64,000 nucleotides of DNA from Alphaproteobacteria bacterium (lineage in GTDB: Bacteria; Pseudomonadota; Alphaproteobacteria; UBA828), in assembly GCA_965214705.1 (NCBI GenBank), contig OZ243972.1, positions 4,096,001 to 4,160,000 on the forward strand. Direction: 5' to 3'. Below, piece after piece: positions 61,966-64,000 of the stretch. Under the pieces are notes generated by a model. It worked only from the letters and a program-made list of their open reading frames with translations, did not search any database and was not told the origin of the DNA. The stretch's first letter is position 1, and every line of letters begins with the position of its first letter. A program made the position numbers and the translations under genes.

Positions 61966-63464
61966 GAGCCGCTTGCAAAACTCTGATCGACTCGGAGCGG
62001 CGCAAGAACACCCAAGCTAGCAGCGACGTCGGCGCACGGCAATTGGCGCGATTTTGATCGCGACCATGGTCGGATCAGCGTTGGCGCTGCCTCCGATTCG
62101 GTATTTTCGCCGAACTCCAGGCGCGTTTGGCCGCTCCGCCTCTCAGGAAGTGCGGCTGCGGTGATGGCGAAGGAGAGGAGCCGGACTAGATCGGCGGAAC
62201 GATAAGGCGCATCAGCTGGCTGGCCGTCAGCACGGTCATGCCGAACATGAGGTGGGCGAGAACCTTGTCGTACCCGCGCACGCGGACATGGCGGCCGCCG
62301 AACTCATCCTTGAGCCGCCCATTGATCCGCTCGGACCCCGAGCGCACGACGTAACGACGCTCCTCGGGAAAGACGAGGCCGAGCGTGCGCCGCGCCTTCT
62401 TCTCCTGCTTCAACGCCTCTTGCATTTCGACCGAGCGGCGGGGGTTCACGTCGATGATCGGCTTGTGGCCCAGCAAGATGCTGTGCGCCCAGATCTCGAT
62501 GGAATCATAGGCCGCGTCCATAAGGTCGTAGAGGTTCTCGACCCGCCCGGCCGTCAGGGTTCCCAACGGAATCGCCACCTGGGAGTCATGCGTCGACGCA
62601 GACGTCATGATGCAGCTGATGGGGATCCCGCCATCGGCGGTATCGACGTGCAGCTTGTACCCGATCCAGGAGGTGGTATGGCCCTTGGCGTTGCGCTTGC
62701 TGCCGACATCGCAGGCCCTCGGCAGGTCTGCCAGCATCTGCGGAAGGCTCATCGTCAGTTGCCGTTCCAGCCGGCTCGGCTCCTTCGCCCGCGCCTCTCC
62801 CTTGCGTGGCCGCCCCCGCTTGCGCCGCTTCGGCTTCGCTGCCTTCGGCTTCGGCTTCTCCCGCGCCTCGATCGCCGTCGCATCCCGCGAGATGTGCTCG
62901 ACAAGATGGCCATCCATCGTCCGCGCAATCAACGTCTCATGCAGACGGTTCGCAAGACGGCTCTCGGCAAACTCGGAAAAGGCCCGCGAAAACGTCGCCT
63001 CGCTCGGAAGCCGGCCGGCACCGCTCCAGCCGCACAGCCGGCATAGCCTGCCGTCAACCTCAAGACGCTCGATCAGGCCGCGCGTCGTCGGAACGTCGAA
63101 CACGGCCTTGGCGATGAAGGCGCGCGCCAGCGCCGCGCGGTCCTCCTCCGGCCGCCCTACCTGGCCGCGGAAGTAGGGCAGAAGAGCCTCGACCCGCACC
63201 AGTTCCAGAACCGCGACGAACAGCTCGTAGCGCTCGCCCATCGGGCCAAGCTCGCTCTCGAGCCTCGGGAATAACTCTTGTTGAAAGGCGTACCAGTAAT
63301 CCGATAGCATCTCGCGCAGGGACACGGCTCCACTCCTCCGTGGTCATCATGCGGTGTTTTGCGCTAGCGCAGCACATGATACTCACGAGGGTGGGCCGGT
63401 CCCACCGCAAAGGCCTTCACTCAGGCAGAAGAGCAACTCGACTCAGCTATTTTGCAAGAGGCTC
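61966..63464 (-). mobile_element. IS5/IS1182-like element
   Basis: IR GAGCCGCTTGCAAAA / TTTTGCAAGAGGCTC; 4-bp direct repeat CCGT. Confidence 0.88.
62186..63325 (-). CDS. IS5/IS1182-like DDE transposase
   Basis: PSEATFSRAF, SRDATAI, WIGYKLH, HDSQ, LMDAAYD, ERINGRLK, HLMFG. Confidence 0.9.
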   Translation of the reverse strand: MSLREMLSDYWYAFQQELFPRLESELGPMGERYELFVAVLELVRVEALLPYFRGQVGRPEEDRAALARAFIAKAVFDVPTTRGLIERLEVDGRLCRLCGWSGAGRLPSEATFSRAFSEFAESRLANRLHETLIARTMDGHLVEHISRDATAIEAREKPKPKAAKPKRRKRGRPRKGEARAKEPSRLERQLTMSLPQMLADLPRACDVGSKRNAKGHTTSWIGYKLHVDTADGGIPISCIMTSASTHDSQVAIPLGTLTAGRVENLYDLMDAAYDSIEIWAHSILLGHKPIIDVNPRRSVEMQEALKQEKKARRTLGLVFPEERRYVVRSGSERINGRLKDEFGGRHVRVRGYDKVLAHLMFGMTVLTASQLMRLIVPPI

Positions 63465-63636
63465 CCGTGATACCAATTGCCACGGTCTGCCGGCGCCCCT
63501 CGGGCACTGTGTAACCACGTCGCCACCGATGGGCGAAGCCGCCTCCGTCCAGGTTTCCGTCACGCGATGACGGCGTCGAAGCTTTCCACCGCCGCCGTTG
63601 ACCTCCACCAGAGAGGCCGGTGCCGACGCCTGCACC

Positions 63637-64000
63637 GTAAGCGGTATCGAGGCCCCATACTTCCACCGAATCTGATTTCGCGGCTGACTCTGGGCCTTGG
63701 CAAGGAGCCTTGGAGGAGGCATCGCGATGACGGATTTGGATCTGCTGCGTGTCCACGATTTCGGCGCCAACTCGGTCGAGGCGTCAGGGTCTGAGGAAGC
63801 CGCCCCATCTGCTGCGGCCCCATCTACGGCAACCGGTCCGGCTGATCACACTCGGCGGTCATGGTCCGCCGAGGAGAAGGCACGGATCGTCGCGGAGAGC
63901 GACAGGCCGGGGGCCGTGCAGAAGGAGGTCGCGGCTCGTCACGGCATCACCGGGCAAACTCTTCGTCAGTGGCGCAGTCGGGCGCGCGCTCGTGGTCTCA
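63637..64000 (+). mobile_element. Left end of another IS66 with partial tnpA (ATG 63727); runs off the window
   Basis: GTAAGCGGTATCG end similar to 55003; RRSWSAEEKARIVAES..PG. Confidence 0.88.

Overview
High-GC accessory region, most likely a decayed conjugative/mobilisable element plus defence island; an alphaproteobacterial host is suggested but not proven. It is heavily overprinted by insertion sequences. No rRNA, tRNA or CRISPR array was seen. From left to right: (i) a partial IS91-like integrase+transposase unit abuts a RIT (recombinase-in-trio) element that has 88-bp perfect terminal inverted repeats and a ritC gene split by IS1634. (ii) A plasmid/ICE leading-region block follows (toprim primase-like, ssb, a 4x CxxC..CxxC protein). 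(iii) A 119-aa zinc-ribbon gene is shattered by an IS1111-type IS110, whose bridge-RNA guide segments can be read against its own target and donor, and by a DUF4338-fused ISAs1 that itself contains a four-gene IS21 carrying a toprim passenger. (iv) Next come a TIR (ThsB-like) + small membrane protein pair and a DUF4435-like TOPRIM pseudogene split by a second IS21. (v) Three tandem RHH/MobC-like genes converge on a 1719-aa MOBF relaxase-helicase. (vi) A single-polypeptide type IIG/ISP-like R-M enzyme follows. (vii) Then IS debris, an IS3 and tandem arm-type tyrosine integrases. (viii) Finally, a SNF2-DUF3883 / DUF1156 methylase / HEPN-DUF499 ATPase restriction-like operon has two toxin-antitoxin-like pairs embedded in it, one split by IS66. 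Domain names come from motif recognition by eye; no searches were run.
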